Below are positions 28,396 to 38,063 of a stretch of 64,000 nt of DNA, piece by piece. Every line of letters begins with the position of its first letter. The stretch's first letter is position 1. Position numbers and translations under genes: made by a program. Origin of the DNA: Anaerolineae bacterium (GTDB taxonomy: Bacteria; Chloroflexota; Anaerolineae; B4-G1); the NCBI GenBank assembly GCA_046760785.1, contig JBHIET010000007.1, positions 736 through 64,735 of the forward strand. Direction: 5' to 3'. The notes below the pieces were generated by a model that did no database searches, was not told the origin of the DNA, and was given only the letters and a program-made list of their open reading frames with translations.

Positions 28396-29796
28396 ATGAC
28401 GAAGAAAAGCGCAATTCCATTCGGCGCCCAATTTAGTCCCAACCAGGTAGACCTACCAGGTTTACTTCAAATCATCCACGAATACGCAGGCGACCGCAAC
28501 AGAATCACCGAAGCTATCCGTGACCAATTCTTTGCGACCCACTCCCAGACTCAACGCTGGAAACTGGCCGATAACACCGTACTGGCGTTGCGGGCATATG
28601 AGTTGCTGGGCGAAGACGGCGCAACGCCGACTACATTGGCGGGAGAATTGTTGGCGATTGCCAACGCACTTGATGCGCTTTATGAGCGGTTCGCCAAACA
28701 TATTCTGATTAACCTCAGAGGCATCCCCTTCGTAGAAACGTTGGAGATAATGCGAACGGCTGGTGAGAAGATCACCCTTCCCACTTTGAGAAAGCGTCTT
28801 GGGCAACGTGGGCTACACGTTCCACGCGGCACAGTACACATTAGCAGCATGCGCTTGTGGCTAGCGCAAGCAGGCATTTTCGACGCAAGTGTCAAAGGTG
28901 GCCCAAGGTTGTACGAGGCTGACCAGGTGCGTCTGAATGAAGTGCTTGGCATTGGGCTGGATGCGATTGATAGCTTGACTCAACTCAATGCAGCCCAACG
29001 AGCCTTCTTGCGCGCCCTCACGCGCCTTGCTGAGCCAGACCCCTTTGTTGCCAACAAGGTGGCCGATCTGGCAAGTGCGCTCTACGCAGTGGAGTATAAT
29101 CACAAGGAGTTACCAAAGTCCGTTTTGTTCCCGCTGCGTGACCTTGGGTATATACAGGCGACAAAAACGACGACGGGACGCGGTGCCAAACCTTATGAAG
29201 TCTCACGGACGCCCAAATTTCACCAGGAGATTTCCGAGCCGATTCTTGCAGCGGCGGCCGATAAGGCTGGACTGGTTCCCAAAGAGGTCTTTGCACTCCC
29301 CTTGTCGCAGATACTCACTGACCTCAAGTCACCCAACAAGCACGTTAAGGGCAAGGCGCTTGAACTGCTGACAATCTACCTCACCCGCTTGATTGATTTG
29401 GATTTCAAAGGTTGGCGCACACGCGGTGCAGACACAGGTGGAGCCGAAGTGGATGTGATTGTTGAAGGGATGCGGCTTATCTTTAGCCGCTGGCAGATTC
29501 AGGCTAAGAATACCAGAATCGTTCGATTGGACGACGTCGCAAAAGAAGTCGGCTTGTCACTCACATTTATCTACTCCAACGTCGTGATGATTGTGACAAC
29601 CGGTGATTTCACCAAGGACGCCTACAGCTACGCTCAACACGTGATGAAGACTTGTAACCTCAACGTCATTCTGTTGAACGGTTCCGAACTTGAGCGCATC
29701 AGTCGAGACCCAACAGGCATTGTAGCCATTCTCAATAGCAAAGCCGAACAAGCGATGAAGGTAAAAGAGCGTAAGGACTACTTTGCGACTCAGTAG
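28396..29796 (+). CDS. Restriction endonuclease with a C-terminal Mrr-like PD-(D/E)xK domain
   Basis: 466 aa. The C-terminus has GGAEVDVIVEG...RWQIQAKN...VMIVTTGDFT, typical of the Mrr_cat core. It sits next to a methyltransferase in a lower-GC region. Confidence 0.7.
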   Translation: MTKKSAIPFGAQFSPNQVDLPGLLQIIHEYAGDRNRITEAIRDQFFATHSQTQRWKLADNTVLALRAYELLGEDGATPTTLAGELLAIANALDALYERFAKHILINLRGIPFVETLEIMRTAGEKITLPTLRKRLGQRGLHVPRGTVHISSMRLWLAQAGIFDASVKGGPRLYEADQVRLNEVLGIGLDAIDSLTQLNAAQRAFLRALTRLAEPDPFVANKVADLASALYAVEYNHKELPKSVLFPLRDLGYIQATKTTTGRGAKPYEVSRTPKFHQEISEPILAAAADKAGLVPKEVFALPLSQILTDLKSPNKHVKGKALELLTIYLTRLIDLDFKGWRTRGADTGGAEVDVIVEGMRLIFSRWQIQAKNTRIVRLDDVAKEVGLSLTFIYSNVVMIVTTGDFTKDAYSYAQHVMKTCNLNVILLNGSELERISRDPTGIVAILNSKAEQAMKVKERKDYFATQ

Positions 29797-29805
29797 GCAG
29801 AGGAG

Positions 29806-30837
29806 ATGCTTATGACCGAGATTCATTTTCGAAAAGAACCATTCTATGTAACCCAATACGGCGCGGCCTACCTGGGGGATGCGCTGGTCTACTTGCGTCA
29901 AATGGAGCGTGACTCAGTTGATTTGATTGTGACCTCGCCACCATTTGCCCTGAAGCGCAAGAAGGAATACGGCAACGTTGATGCCAAAGATTATGTACCG
30001 TGGTTTATGGTCTTCGCGGTTGAGTTCAAGCGGATACTCAAGGACACTGGTAGTCTGGTCATTGACATCGGTGGCTCCTGGGTCAAAGGTCAACCAACTC
30101 GCTCGTTATATCACTTTGAACTCGTGATCGCTCTGTGCAAGACATTGGGGTTCCACTTGGCCCAAGAGTTCTATTGGTACAATCCATCCAAGCTGCCCTC
30201 TCCTGCCGAGTGGGTGACAGTGAGGCGGGTTCGCGTTAAGGATGCAGTCGACCCAATCTGGTGGCTGTCAAAGACACCAGATCCTAGAGCGAGCAATTGG
30301 CGCGTACTGAAGCCTTACAGCGATTCGATGAAGAAGTTGTTGCAGAATGGCTACAAAGCGAAACTGCGACCTTCAGGACATAACATCTCGGAGAACTTCT
30401 CGAAGGACCATAAGGGGGCCATTCCGCCAAACCTACTGGAATTAGCAAATACCGACTCCAACAGCACTTACTTGCGTGAGTGTCGCGAGCGTGGTATTAA
30501 ACCTCACCCAGCGCGATTCCCGCATGGCTTACCAGAGTTCTTTATTAAGTTTCTCACCGAGCCTGGCGACCTGGTGGTTGACCCGTTTGCGGGCAGCAAC
30601 ATCACCGGCGAGGTGGCCGAACGACTAGAAAGGCACTGGTTAGCGTTTGAGATAATCGAAGAATACCTCGAAGCCTCAAAGTTTCGTTTTTCTGGCTTAC
30701 ATGAGCAACCGTTCCTATTCACGATGCGAGCAGAAGCTTCCGAAACGGAAACTGCTGGCGATGAAGAAGTGGTTTCACAACCACAGCTTCTTGAACCTAG
30801 AGCGCAATATGAAACCGAGCGTGAGAAGGGAGAATAG
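29806..30837 (+). CDS. Beta-class DNA methyltransferase (N4-cytosine or N6-adenine)
   Basis: Motif IV DLIVTSPPF is N-terminal and motif I VVDPFAGSNITG is C-terminal. The start may instead be the ATG at 29812, which is better spaced from GAGGAG. Confidence 0.85.
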   Translation: MLMTEIHFRKEPFYVTQYGAAYLGDALVYLRQMERDSVDLIVTSPPFALKRKKEYGNVDAKDYVPWFMVFAVEFKRILKDTGSLVIDIGGSWVKGQPTRSLYHFELVIALCKTLGFHLAQEFYWYNPSKLPSPAEWVTVRRVRVKDAVDPIWWLSKTPDPRASNWRVLKPYSDSMKKLLQNGYKAKLRPSGHNISENFSKDHKGAIPPNLLELANTDSNSTYLRECRERGIKPHPARFPHGLPEFFIKFLTEPGDLVVDPFAGSNITGEVAERLERHWLAFEIIEEYLEASKFRFSGLHEQPFLFTMRAEASETETAGDEEVVSQPQLLEPRAQYETEREKGE

Positions 30838-30955
30838 CATTCCATAAACTGGGGCGACCTGTGCCCAAACCGCCACACTCCAGTGAATATGTGTACTTTC
30901 GCAGCAAGGCGCGGCATCGAGCACAAAACTAAATCTGGAGTGAAAGGAGCGAAAT

Positions 30956-31729
30956 ATGACTCTCATACTGACTCATCTGAATAGGTATGGAATCATACAT
31001 GCAAGCGACTCTAGTCTGACCGCAGGGGACATGGATGCTGGTCAAGGCCAGAAGACCTTCGAAGTGCCATTTCTCAATGCAGGACTAACTGTTGCAGGCG
31101 CGTTTTCAGTCGGCAGGGAGGAAATGGACATCTGGATGAACGATTTTATCCAATCCCAAGCCAGCGTAAATGGCTTGACTCTCTCAGGATTTGCACATCG
31201 TCTAGAAAGCGAATTGCAGTCCAGAATGCTTCCTGGGGAAAAGGATGGGGGTAGCATGGTACACATTGCGGGCTACGCAAAAGAAGGCAATACATATCAT
31301 CCTGAGTTTTGGTTTATTAGCAATGTTCATGCCATTGACCGTAAGACGGGGGAATATGGCGGTATAGACTACAACTTCAAGTCATCTGAAGATTTCTGGA
31401 CAAGAGACTGCCCGGAGAACAACTTGATGAAGCGTTTCCAGGAACATGCAGGCGCGTACCAGATCTATGTGAATGGGTTTGCTCCTGGACGGATAAGCTA
31501 TGTCTTCCTTCAACGTGTTATGAATGAGTTCCTCCGTACAGTTTGGGGTAATCCAAATTGGAAATTCAGACCACCGCAGTCTTTGAAAGAGACAGAAATC
31601 CTAGTGAAGATGTACATACAGGTCATCATAAATCTCTTTCTATTGAGCGACTACAGCGCGAGGTTCATTGGCGGCGAGCCCCAAATCTACGCGATACCTC
31701 AACCTGAGAACGTAGTCACGTCGTGTTGA
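30956..31729 (+). CDS. Proteasome-beta/Anbu-like Ntn hydrolase (putative)
   Basis: MTLILTHLNRYGIIHASDSSLTAG...GQKTFEV...LTVAGA aligns by eye to the proteasome beta pattern T1...GxxxxxD17...K33...AG. Thr follows the initiator Met, and Asp is exactly 16 residues later. AAAGGAG RBS. Confidence 0.55.
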   Translation: MTLILTHLNRYGIIHASDSSLTAGDMDAGQGQKTFEVPFLNAGLTVAGAFSVGREEMDIWMNDFIQSQASVNGLTLSGFAHRLESELQSRMLPGEKDGGSMVHIAGYAKEGNTYHPEFWFISNVHAIDRKTGEYGGIDYNFKSSEDFWTRDCPENNLMKRFQEHAGAYQIYVNGFAPGRISYVFLQRVMNEFLRTVWGNPNWKFRPPQSLKETEILVKMYIQVIINLFLLSDYSARFIGGEPQIYAIPQPENVVTSC

Positions 31730-31767
31730 CCGTTACAGGCTGCATAGTGGTGGCAAGGGACTGCGTA

Positions 31768-32634
31768 ATGCCCGACCCAACCAATCCACTAGAATACTAC
31801 GCCCGTCCGGGCATCATGACCGACCCTGGAGAACACGCCGAACTGTTCAATGGTCTACCTGCCGAGATCCCTGCTCTCTGCCAGGTCGTGCAGGGACTCT
31901 TGTTGCACATCTTCTGGGCGGAACGGCACGGCGTGGAGTTATCGGAGGAGCGGAAGCAAGAGGTAAACGTCCGTCAAGTCTCGCACATGCTGGCACACAT
32001 TCGAGAGATGGATGACCATCCTCTCACCGTCGAGCGGTCGTTGGACAAGAAGCTGGTGGGCAACTGCCGCGACTTTTCTACGCTGTTATGTGCGATGTTG
32101 CGCCACCAGGGCGTGCCCGCACGGGCACGCTGCGGGTTCGGTGCGTACTTCGAGCCTGGTCATTACGAAGATCACTGGGTCTGCGAGTACTGGAACGCCG
32201 AAGAAAAGCGCTGGGCGCTGGCGGACACGCAACTGAATGAGTTTCAGCAGGAAACCTTGAAGATCGCGTTTGACACTTATGACGTACCCCGCGATCAATT
32301 TCTGGTCGGCGGCAAGGCCTGGCAGATGTGCCGCGCGGGCCAGGCCGACCCGGACAGCTTCGGCATCTTAGATATGCACGGGATGTGGTTCATTCGCGGC
32401 AACCTGGTGCGGGATCTGGTATCGCTCAACAAGATCGAAATCCTGCCCTGGGACCACTGGGGACTTATGTCCAAGGAGGAGCAAGACCTATCCGCAGAGG
32501 ATATGGCATTGCTGGATCGCATCGCCGAATTGACGGTGGCGGTTGCGACGGACGATGGAGCATTCCACGAGGTGTGTGCACTCTACGAAACTGACGCACG
32601 CTTGCATAAGCCGTCCGATTGGCTGCCGGACTGA
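31768..32634 (+). CDS. Transglutaminase-like cysteine protease superfamily protein
   Basis: Contains VGNCRDFSTLLCAMLRHQGVPARARCGF (catalytic Cys context) and YEDHWVCEYW (His). Start set at MPDPTNPLEYY. The track start at 31723 is a TTG. Confidence 0.75.
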   Translation: MPDPTNPLEYYARPGIMTDPGEHAELFNGLPAEIPALCQVVQGLLLHIFWAERHGVELSEERKQEVNVRQVSHMLAHIREMDDHPLTVERSLDKKLVGNCRDFSTLLCAMLRHQGVPARARCGFGAYFEPGHYEDHWVCEYWNAEEKRWALADTQLNEFQQETLKIAFDTYDVPRDQFLVGGKAWQMCRAGQADPDSFGILDMHGMWFIRGNLVRDLVSLNKIEILPWDHWGLMSKEEQDLSAEDMALLDRIAELTVAVATDDGAFHEVCALYETDARLHKPSDWLPD

Positions 32635-32637
32635 GAT

Positions 32638-34938
32638 GTGATGACAAAGAGACGTACCACTAGGCGTTCAACGAGACGCACGAGCAGGCGCACAACCAGG
32701 CGCAGGAGTAGCCGCAGACGCCGCAAGCCGCCGTCGCTGCCGACCATCAACCTCACGCTTGACCAGTGGCTCGACATCCTGGGCTACGGGCTGCTCGTCA
32801 TTGCGGTCTTCACGCTCCTCAGTTTCCCCTCCGCCAAGAACGGGGTGATCCTCGGCTGGTGGCTGGGCCGACTGCGGCAGGCCTTTGGCTGGGGAGCCTA
32901 CCTGACGCCGCTGTTCGTCGGTGCGGTGGGGCTGTGGCTCGTCCTGCGTGATTTTGGCGACCAGTTGCCCAGAGTGACCCCGCTGCAAATCACGGGTGTG
33001 GTGCTGGGCTACCTGGCCCTCTTAGTTACGCTTCACCTCCCGACGGCGTCACTCCGGTTCGGGGGTGACCTCCGGGCGACGGCCGAGGCCGGCCTGGGCG
33101 GCGGGCGCCTGGGCGCGGCGCTGGGCCGCTGGTTGCTGGGTGGGCTGGGCAGCGTGGGCACGGGCATCGTGCTGGTCACCTGGTGGCTGATCGTCGTCGC
33201 ACTCGTCTTTGGGGTCACGGCGCAGGACGCCGTGCGTGTGCTCGAACGGTTGCGAGGCAAGCCTCGACCACAGCGCGTCAGACCCCTACCCAGGCCGGCG
33301 GTTCCCACGACGGCGAGCCATCCCTCCGAGCCACCCCCTTCGCCACCGCGCGAGGTGCCCGTGGCTCCGAAGCCGGTCGCTGTTGTCCCAACCCCCGTTC
33401 GGCCTGCTCCGACTCCCTTGCCTGCCGCTCCTACCCCCCTCTCTCCCATCGGCGGCGATCAGGTGTGGGGACCTCCCACCTTGGACGAGATCCTCGAGCC
33501 CGGCAACGATCAAAGCATCAGCGCGGGGATACTGCGCCAACAGGCGCGCATCATCGAGGAGACGCTAAGAGAGCTCGGCGCGCCAGTTCGGGTCCACGAG
33601 ACCAACATCGGCCCCGTCGTAACCCAGTTCGCCGTCGAGCCGCTGGTAACGGCCAACAGTAATGGCAAAGAGACCAAGGTCAAAGTCAGCCATATCAGGG
33701 CACTGGCCAACGACCTGGCATTGGCGCTGGAGGCCAAGACGTTGCGCATCCAAGCTCCCATCCCCGGCAAGGGGCTGATCGGCATCGAGGTGCCCAACCC
33801 GGAGATTTCGCTGGTCGCGCTGCGGGACGTGATGGAATCCGAAGCGTTCGCGGAGATTGACTCCCCGTTGCGACTGTGCCTGGGGCAAGATGTCTCTGGC
33901 CATTCCATCGTCGCCGACTTGACCGCTATGCCCCACCTACTCATCGCCGGTACGACCGGCTCGGGTAAGTCGGTCTGCATCAACGGTATCATCGCTGCGT
34001 TGCTTCTGCAGAACAGCCCCGAGGAGTTGAAATTCCTGATGGTAGACCCCAAGCGGGTGGAGTTGACGGGGTACAACGGCATCCCGCACCTGCTGTCGAA
34101 AGTCGTGGTGGAGATGGAGCGAGTGGTGGGCGCGCTCCAATGGGTGCTGCGGGAGATGGACGGGCGATACCGCCGCTTCTCCAAGGTGCGTGCCATCCAC
34201 ATCCGCGACTACAACGAGCGCGTCGCGCCGAGCCGGGGCGAGAAACGGTTACCCTACATCGTGGTCGTCGTGGACGAGCTGGCGGATTTGATGATGATGG
34301 CCCCCCAGGAGACGGAGCGCTCCCTCTGCCGCATCGCCCAGATGGCGCGGGCGACCGGCATCCATCTCATCATCGCCACCCAGCGCCCCAGCGTGGACGT
34401 GGTCACCGGGCTGATCAAGGCCAACTTCCCGGCGCGCATCGCCTTCAACGTGGCTTCGACCGTGGATTCGCGGGTCATCCTCGATATGCCCGGTGCGGAG
34501 CAACTGCTGGGCCGGGGCGACATGCTGTTTCTGCCTCCCGATACTGCCACTCCCCTGCGCTTGCAGGGTGCCTTCGTCTCCGACGAAGAGCTGCGCCGCT
34601 TGGTGCAGTACTGGAAGGAGCAGGCGCGGCCAGGACCGATACCCGCCGAAAAGCCGGTGCAGCGACCGCTGTGGGAGGAGATGCGTCAGAAAGTGCGGAA
34701 AGTGGAGTACGAGGACGAGTTGCTGCCCGAAGTGATTGATTTGGTGTTGCGGGAGCAGCGCGCTTCCATCTCGCTCCTCCAGCGCAAACTGCGTATCGGC
34801 TACACGCGGGCAGCGCGGATCATGGATATCCTCGAACAGCACGGGGTCGTGGGGCCACAGCCGCCAGGCGGCAAGGCACGCGAGGTCTTCCCCAGCGCGG
34901 CCCACGCGCTGCTCCACCCCCAGGGGGAGGAACAATGA
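32638..34938 (+). CDS. ftsK: DNA translocase FtsK/SpoIIIE
   Basis: Arg-rich N-terminus, four TM helices, a P-rich linker, Walker A GTTGSGKS, and a gamma-domain winged helix ISLLQRKLRIGYTRAARIMD. Confidence 0.95.
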   Translation: MMTKRRTTRRSTRRTSRRTTRRRSSRRRRKPPSLPTINLTLDQWLDILGYGLLVIAVFTLLSFPSAKNGVILGWWLGRLRQAFGWGAYLTPLFVGAVGLWLVLRDFGDQLPRVTPLQITGVVLGYLALLVTLHLPTASLRFGGDLRATAEAGLGGGRLGAALGRWLLGGLGSVGTGIVLVTWWLIVVALVFGVTAQDAVRVLERLRGKPRPQRVRPLPRPAVPTTASHPSEPPPSPPREVPVAPKPVAVVPTPVRPAPTPLPAAPTPLSPIGGDQVWGPPTLDEILEPGNDQSISAGILRQQARIIEETLRELGAPVRVHETNIGPVVTQFAVEPLVTANSNGKETKVKVSHIRALANDLALALEAKTLRIQAPIPGKGLIGIEVPNPEISLVALRDVMESEAFAEIDSPLRLCLGQDVSGHSIVADLTAMPHLLIAGTTGSGKSVCINGIIAALLLQNSPEELKFLMVDPKRVELTGYNGIPHLLSKVVVEMERVVGALQWVLREMDGRYRRFSKVRAIHIRDYNERVAPSRGEKRLPYIVVVVDELADLMMMAPQETERSLCRIAQMARATGIHLIIATQRPSVDVVTGLIKANFPARIAFNVASTVDSRVILDMPGAEQLLGRGDMLFLPPDTATPLRLQGAFVSDEELRRLVQYWKEQARPGPIPAEKPVQRPLWEEMRQKVRKVEYEDELLPEVIDLVLREQRASISLLQRKLRIGYTRAARIMDILEQHGVVGPQPPGGKAREVFPSAAHALLHPQGEEQ

Positions 34939-35579
34939 GCTACACGATCCACAAACTGACATACGCTGATGGGCGGGCCTACCGTTATCACATCTCCGAC
35001 GAGGCCGGAAACCTGCGCTACGTGGCCGAGCGAACCGGTATGCTGCTTCCATCTCCAACGCGGCTGGTCGAGTTCTTCGACCCCGATCACAACCCATCCG
35101 GCCGTCTCCAGCCGCCGGAGGTCGCACCGTGGCTGCGCGGGAAGCGGTACGAGGTTTTCGTCAACAAAGGGGGCGAGGAGGCAGAGGAGCCCTACGCCGT
35201 GATCAAGGAGACGTGGAGGCTGGTGGACATTTTGCTGTTGCGCCTCCCGCGCTACGAGGTGCAACTGGGGGAACACTGCTACATCGTGCGGGGCAGCCGC
35301 TACGGGGAGCACTTCTACGAGATCTTCCGTCCGTGCGAGGAGGAGGAAGGAATTGATGAGGAACGAGTAGATGAGAAAATGGAGCAGGGGGAGGATGAAC
35401 AAGCGGAGGCAGGGGAAGGTGAGGAAGAGCCTGAGCCCAAGGAGATGAAGGTGGGTCAGATTCAGCGCCCTACGGTCGGCCCCAGCTATACCGTCGAAAG
35501 CGATGCCGCGCCGTTGCGCCAGGCTTTGTTAGTACTGGCCGCGCTGGTGATTCTTATTGATATGGAACTGCACCCTTGA
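34935..35579 (+). CDS. Hypothetical protein with an acidic linker and C-terminal TM helix
   Basis: 214 aa. ATGA overlap with the ftsK stop. Family not recognised; it may be tubby/LURP-like. Confidence 0.6.
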   Translation: MSYTIHKLTYADGRAYRYHISDEAGNLRYVAERTGMLLPSPTRLVEFFDPDHNPSGRLQPPEVAPWLRGKRYEVFVNKGGEEAEEPYAVIKETWRLVDILLLRLPRYEVQLGEHCYIVRGSRYGEHFYEIFRPCEEEEGIDEERVDEKMEQGEDEQAEAGEGEEEPEPKEMKVGQIQRPTVGPSYTVESDAAPLRQALLVLAALVILIDMELHP

Positions 35580-35589
35580 GACAACTGTT

Positions 35590-35880
35590 CACCCTCCCGC
35601 AGGTTCAGACGTTTTTCAGTCGCAGAAGTGCGTCTCGACTTGGTTTCAAGGCCGCAGACGCTGTCGGTCGTAACTTGCGGGAGGGCGACCTGTGCAATTG
35701 GAAGAGAACCCCGCCCGCCTCGCCGGGCACTGAACCGCCCGGCTCAAAGCTCAAGCCCCCTGTGGGGGCTACGGAAAGCCCGCGAAGCGGGGTTTGGCTA
35801 TGAGCACGGCGGTCTAGCGCCGTGCGGTACGCGACGCAAGTCTTAACTGCATAGGTCGCGGGAGGGTAGGCTGAGTAGCG
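35590..35880. repeat. GC-rich structured intergenic region (REP-like)
   Basis: CCCTCCCGCAGGTT (~35594) and AACTTGCGGGAGGG (~35672) form an inverted repeat. A GGGGGCTACGG motif is related to the MITE core. No coding signal. Confidence 0.3.
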
Positions 35881-35882
35881 TG

Positions 35883-36182
35883 CTAGCGCCGCCTGCGCTT
35901 CAGCTCCGGCCACTCCAGTTTCCGGCCTCTGCGAGATTTGGCTCTGACCACGTGTTTGACTGCCCGCGCCAGATCTTCGGGGTCGTAGCCTTCTAACCGC
36001 TCTCTCAGTTCATCAAGTGCCGCGCGCTGTTCCTCGTCGAGGCCTTCTCCGGCTTCGGCGTCCACGCTGAGCAGAGCCAGCAGCAGGGCCTGTTCATCGT
36101 CGCTCAAGCCCTCCCCTCCCCCCTCCAGCAATTCGCCGGGGCAGGAAACTGGCCCCTTCTTACTCTCCGCTTTCTTCGCCAT
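35883..36182 (-). CDS. Hypothetical acidic/basic small protein
   Basis: 99 aa ORF downstream of the GT2 gene on the same strand. Confidence 0.5.
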   Translation of the reverse strand: MAKKAESKKGPVSCPGELLEGGGEGLSDDEQALLLALLSVDAEAGEGLDEEQRAALDELRERLEGYDPEDLARAVKHVVRAKSRRGRKLEWPELKRRRR

Positions 36183-36233
36183 AACGCCTCCTCCCCGCTC
36201 TGATCACGACGTGGCACCTCGACGCGCCGCTTC

Positions 36234-37196
36234 CTATCTGCTCCTTCTCCGCCACCGCCACCACACTCCCACCGGATAGCCAATCATCTTGGCGACGTCG
36301 CCCGTGACGCGGATGACCGGCACCCACAGCGCCGCCTGCAACTTCCGGGCGAGGCTCAGGTGACCCCACGTCCGCGCCAGTCGCCGCCAACCCACCCAGA
36401 ACATCCCCGCTATGGCGATCAGATAGAGCGCCCACCACCACGGACTCACCAGAACCCCAGCAGCGGCGATGAGTGGCGCAGCGACCAGGTAGGTCAAATA
36501 GCGGATGGCGTGCCGCCTGGGCCACAGGCTCGCTTTGCCGTCTCCCCGCGCGTAGCGATAGTATTGGGCAAAGAAGGCACGCAGGCTGGAGCGCGGCCGA
36601 AAATAAACCAGCGCCTCAGGCGCAAAGACGAACGGGCCGAAACGGGCACGCAGCCGGAAATCGAAGACCAGGTCCTCGCAATAGTCAAGCCACTCGGGGT
36701 AGCCCCCCACCGCCTCCCAGACGCTCTTGCGAAAGGCGACCGAGCGGCTGGAGGGGAGAAAATGCGCCGGGTTGATGTCCCGTAGCTCTGGGAGCACTGT
36801 CGCCCCCATCGCCATCTCGAAGACCGTGTGCGGGTCGGGGACGAAGAAACCGGCGACGGCCTGTGTTTCCGTGTCTTCAAACGGCGCAACGATCTCCTCC
36901 AGCCACCGCAGGCTCAGCCGCACGCCTGCGTCGGTCACGGCGATGGCCTCACCCGTGGCGGCCTCAATCGCCGCGTTGCGTCCCTGCGAGATGTTGGCCC
37001 CCGGCCGCCGGATGACGTGTAGCGGCAAGCGGCCAGTGGCTTCATAGGCCGCCAGCAGCGATAGCGTGGAGTCGGTCGAGCCGCCGTCGCAGACGACTAC
37101 CTCGTCCGGGAGGCGGGTCTGGACGACCAAACTGTCGAGCAGCCGGTGCAGGCTGCTGGCCTCGTTCAGCACTGTGAAAACGACAGAAACGCGCAT
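36234..37196 (-). CDS. Family 2 glycosyltransferase with C-terminal TM helices
   Basis: MRVSVVFTVLNEASSL, and VVVCDGGSTDST (DxD-type region). ATG at 37196. Confidence 0.85.
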   Translation of the reverse strand: MRVSVVFTVLNEASSLHRLLDSLVVQTRLPDEVVVCDGGSTDSTLSLLAAYEATGRLPLHVIRRPGANISQGRNAAIEAATGEAIAVTDAGVRLSLRWLEEIVAPFEDTETQAVAGFFVPDPHTVFEMAMGATVLPELRDINPAHFLPSSRSVAFRKSVWEAVGGYPEWLDYCEDLVFDFRLRARFGPFVFAPEALVYFRPRSSLRAFFAQYYRYARGDGKASLWPRRHAIRYLTYLVAAPLIAAAGVLVSPWWWALYLIAIAGMFWVGWRRLARTWGHLSLARKLQAALWVPVIRVTGDVAKMIGYPVGVWWRWRRRSR

Positions 37197-37261
37197 CAAC
37201 GGAGATTATACACGACGATGCACGCCTCGCCAAGCACGTGGTCTGCCTCGCCAGGCGCGGT

Positions 37262-37290
37262 TTGACATTTGAGTATAAGCATGGTATAGT
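37262..37290 (+). promoter_or_regulatory. Near-consensus sigma70 promoter of the cold-shock gene, with a ~110-nt 5' UTR
   Basis: TTGACA (37262-37267), 17 nt spacer, TATAGT (37285-37290). Confidence 0.55.
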
Positions 37291-37407
37291 TGAATTGTAG
37301 GACGCAGTAAGTTCAGGTAGCCATATTCCGCCCGGGCTTATGAGGCCTGGGCGATTTGTGTATATGCAACCACTCCGGCCTACAAAATATCACAAAGGAG
37401 TAAGAAG

Positions 37408-37617
37408 GTGAACGAGAGAGAAATGGGAACCGTCAAGTGGTTCAGCAACGCCAAGGGGTACGGATTCATCTCGCGTGACGGAGGTGAGGATGTGTTTGTC
37501 CATCACACCGCCATTCAGAGCGAGGGCTTCCGGACGCTCGAAGAAGGCCAGCGCGTCGAATTCAACGTCGAGCAAGGCCCTAAGGGCTTGCAGGCCACCA
37601 ACGTCACCCCGCTGTAA
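37408..37617 (+). CDS. cspA: Cold-shock protein (CSD)
   Basis: Contains [15 protein letters not shown] (RNP1) and VFVHH (RNP2). The start is GTG 37408 or ATG 37423. Confidence 0.95.
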   Translation: MNEREMGTVKWFSNAKGYGFISRDGGEDVFVHHTAIQSEGFRTLEEGQRVEFNVEQGPKGLQATNVTPL

Positions 37618-37673
37618 GACCGAGAGCGGGCTTTTGTGCGAAGTGGCAGCGAGCCATTTCCAGGGGAGGTAAT

Positions 37674-37979
37674 ATGACTAAGAAATTGTACGTCGGCAAC
37701 CTGGGTTATAGCGTGACGACGAACATGTTGGAGGAACTGTTCGCCTCTGTCGGCGAGGTCACGTCGGTCAACGTCATCACCGACCGCATGACGGGGCGAT
37801 CACGCGGGTTCGCCTTTGTTGAAATGGCCAAGAGCGCGGACGCGCAGAAGGCCATCGCTGAACTCAACGGCCGTGATGTGGAAGGTCGGGCGATTAAGGT
37901 AGCGGAGGCCCGTCCGCAACGGGATCGTCAGAGTGGTGGCTACGACGACCGACGTAGGGGACGACGTCGTCGTTATTAG
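37674..37979 (+). CDS. RRM-type RNA-binding protein with an RG-rich tail
   Basis: Contains KLYVGNL (RNP2) and RGFAFVEM (RNP1). Confidence 0.9.
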   Translation: MTKKLYVGNLGYSVTTNMLEELFASVGEVTSVNVITDRMTGRSRGFAFVEMAKSADAQKAIAELNGRDVEGRAIKVAEARPQRDRQSGGYDDRRRGRRRRY

Positions 37980-38002
37980 GCGCGCCACACAAGTGTACGC
38001 GA

Positions 38003-38046
38003 ACAAACCGTGTACATCTGGCCCTGTGCCAGCGTGCACGGTTTGT
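38003..38046. terminator. Hairpin between convergent genes
   Basis: ACAAACCGTG (38003-38012) pairs with CACGGTTTGT (38037-38046). Confidence 0.4.
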
Positions 38047-38063
38047 CATTCCATCAAACTGAA

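Noticed and set aside
35590-35880. Possible structured ncRNA (RNase P RNA, tmRNA, 6S or SRP) in the 300-nt gap after the ftsK-linked gene.
   Set aside because: I could not find the conserved cores: no GGAAAGTCCGG-type RNase P motif, no tmRNA tag ORF or CCA-proximal acceptor, and no SRP GGAA/AGCA motifs. The sequence shares motifs with the other REP/MITE-like repeats instead.
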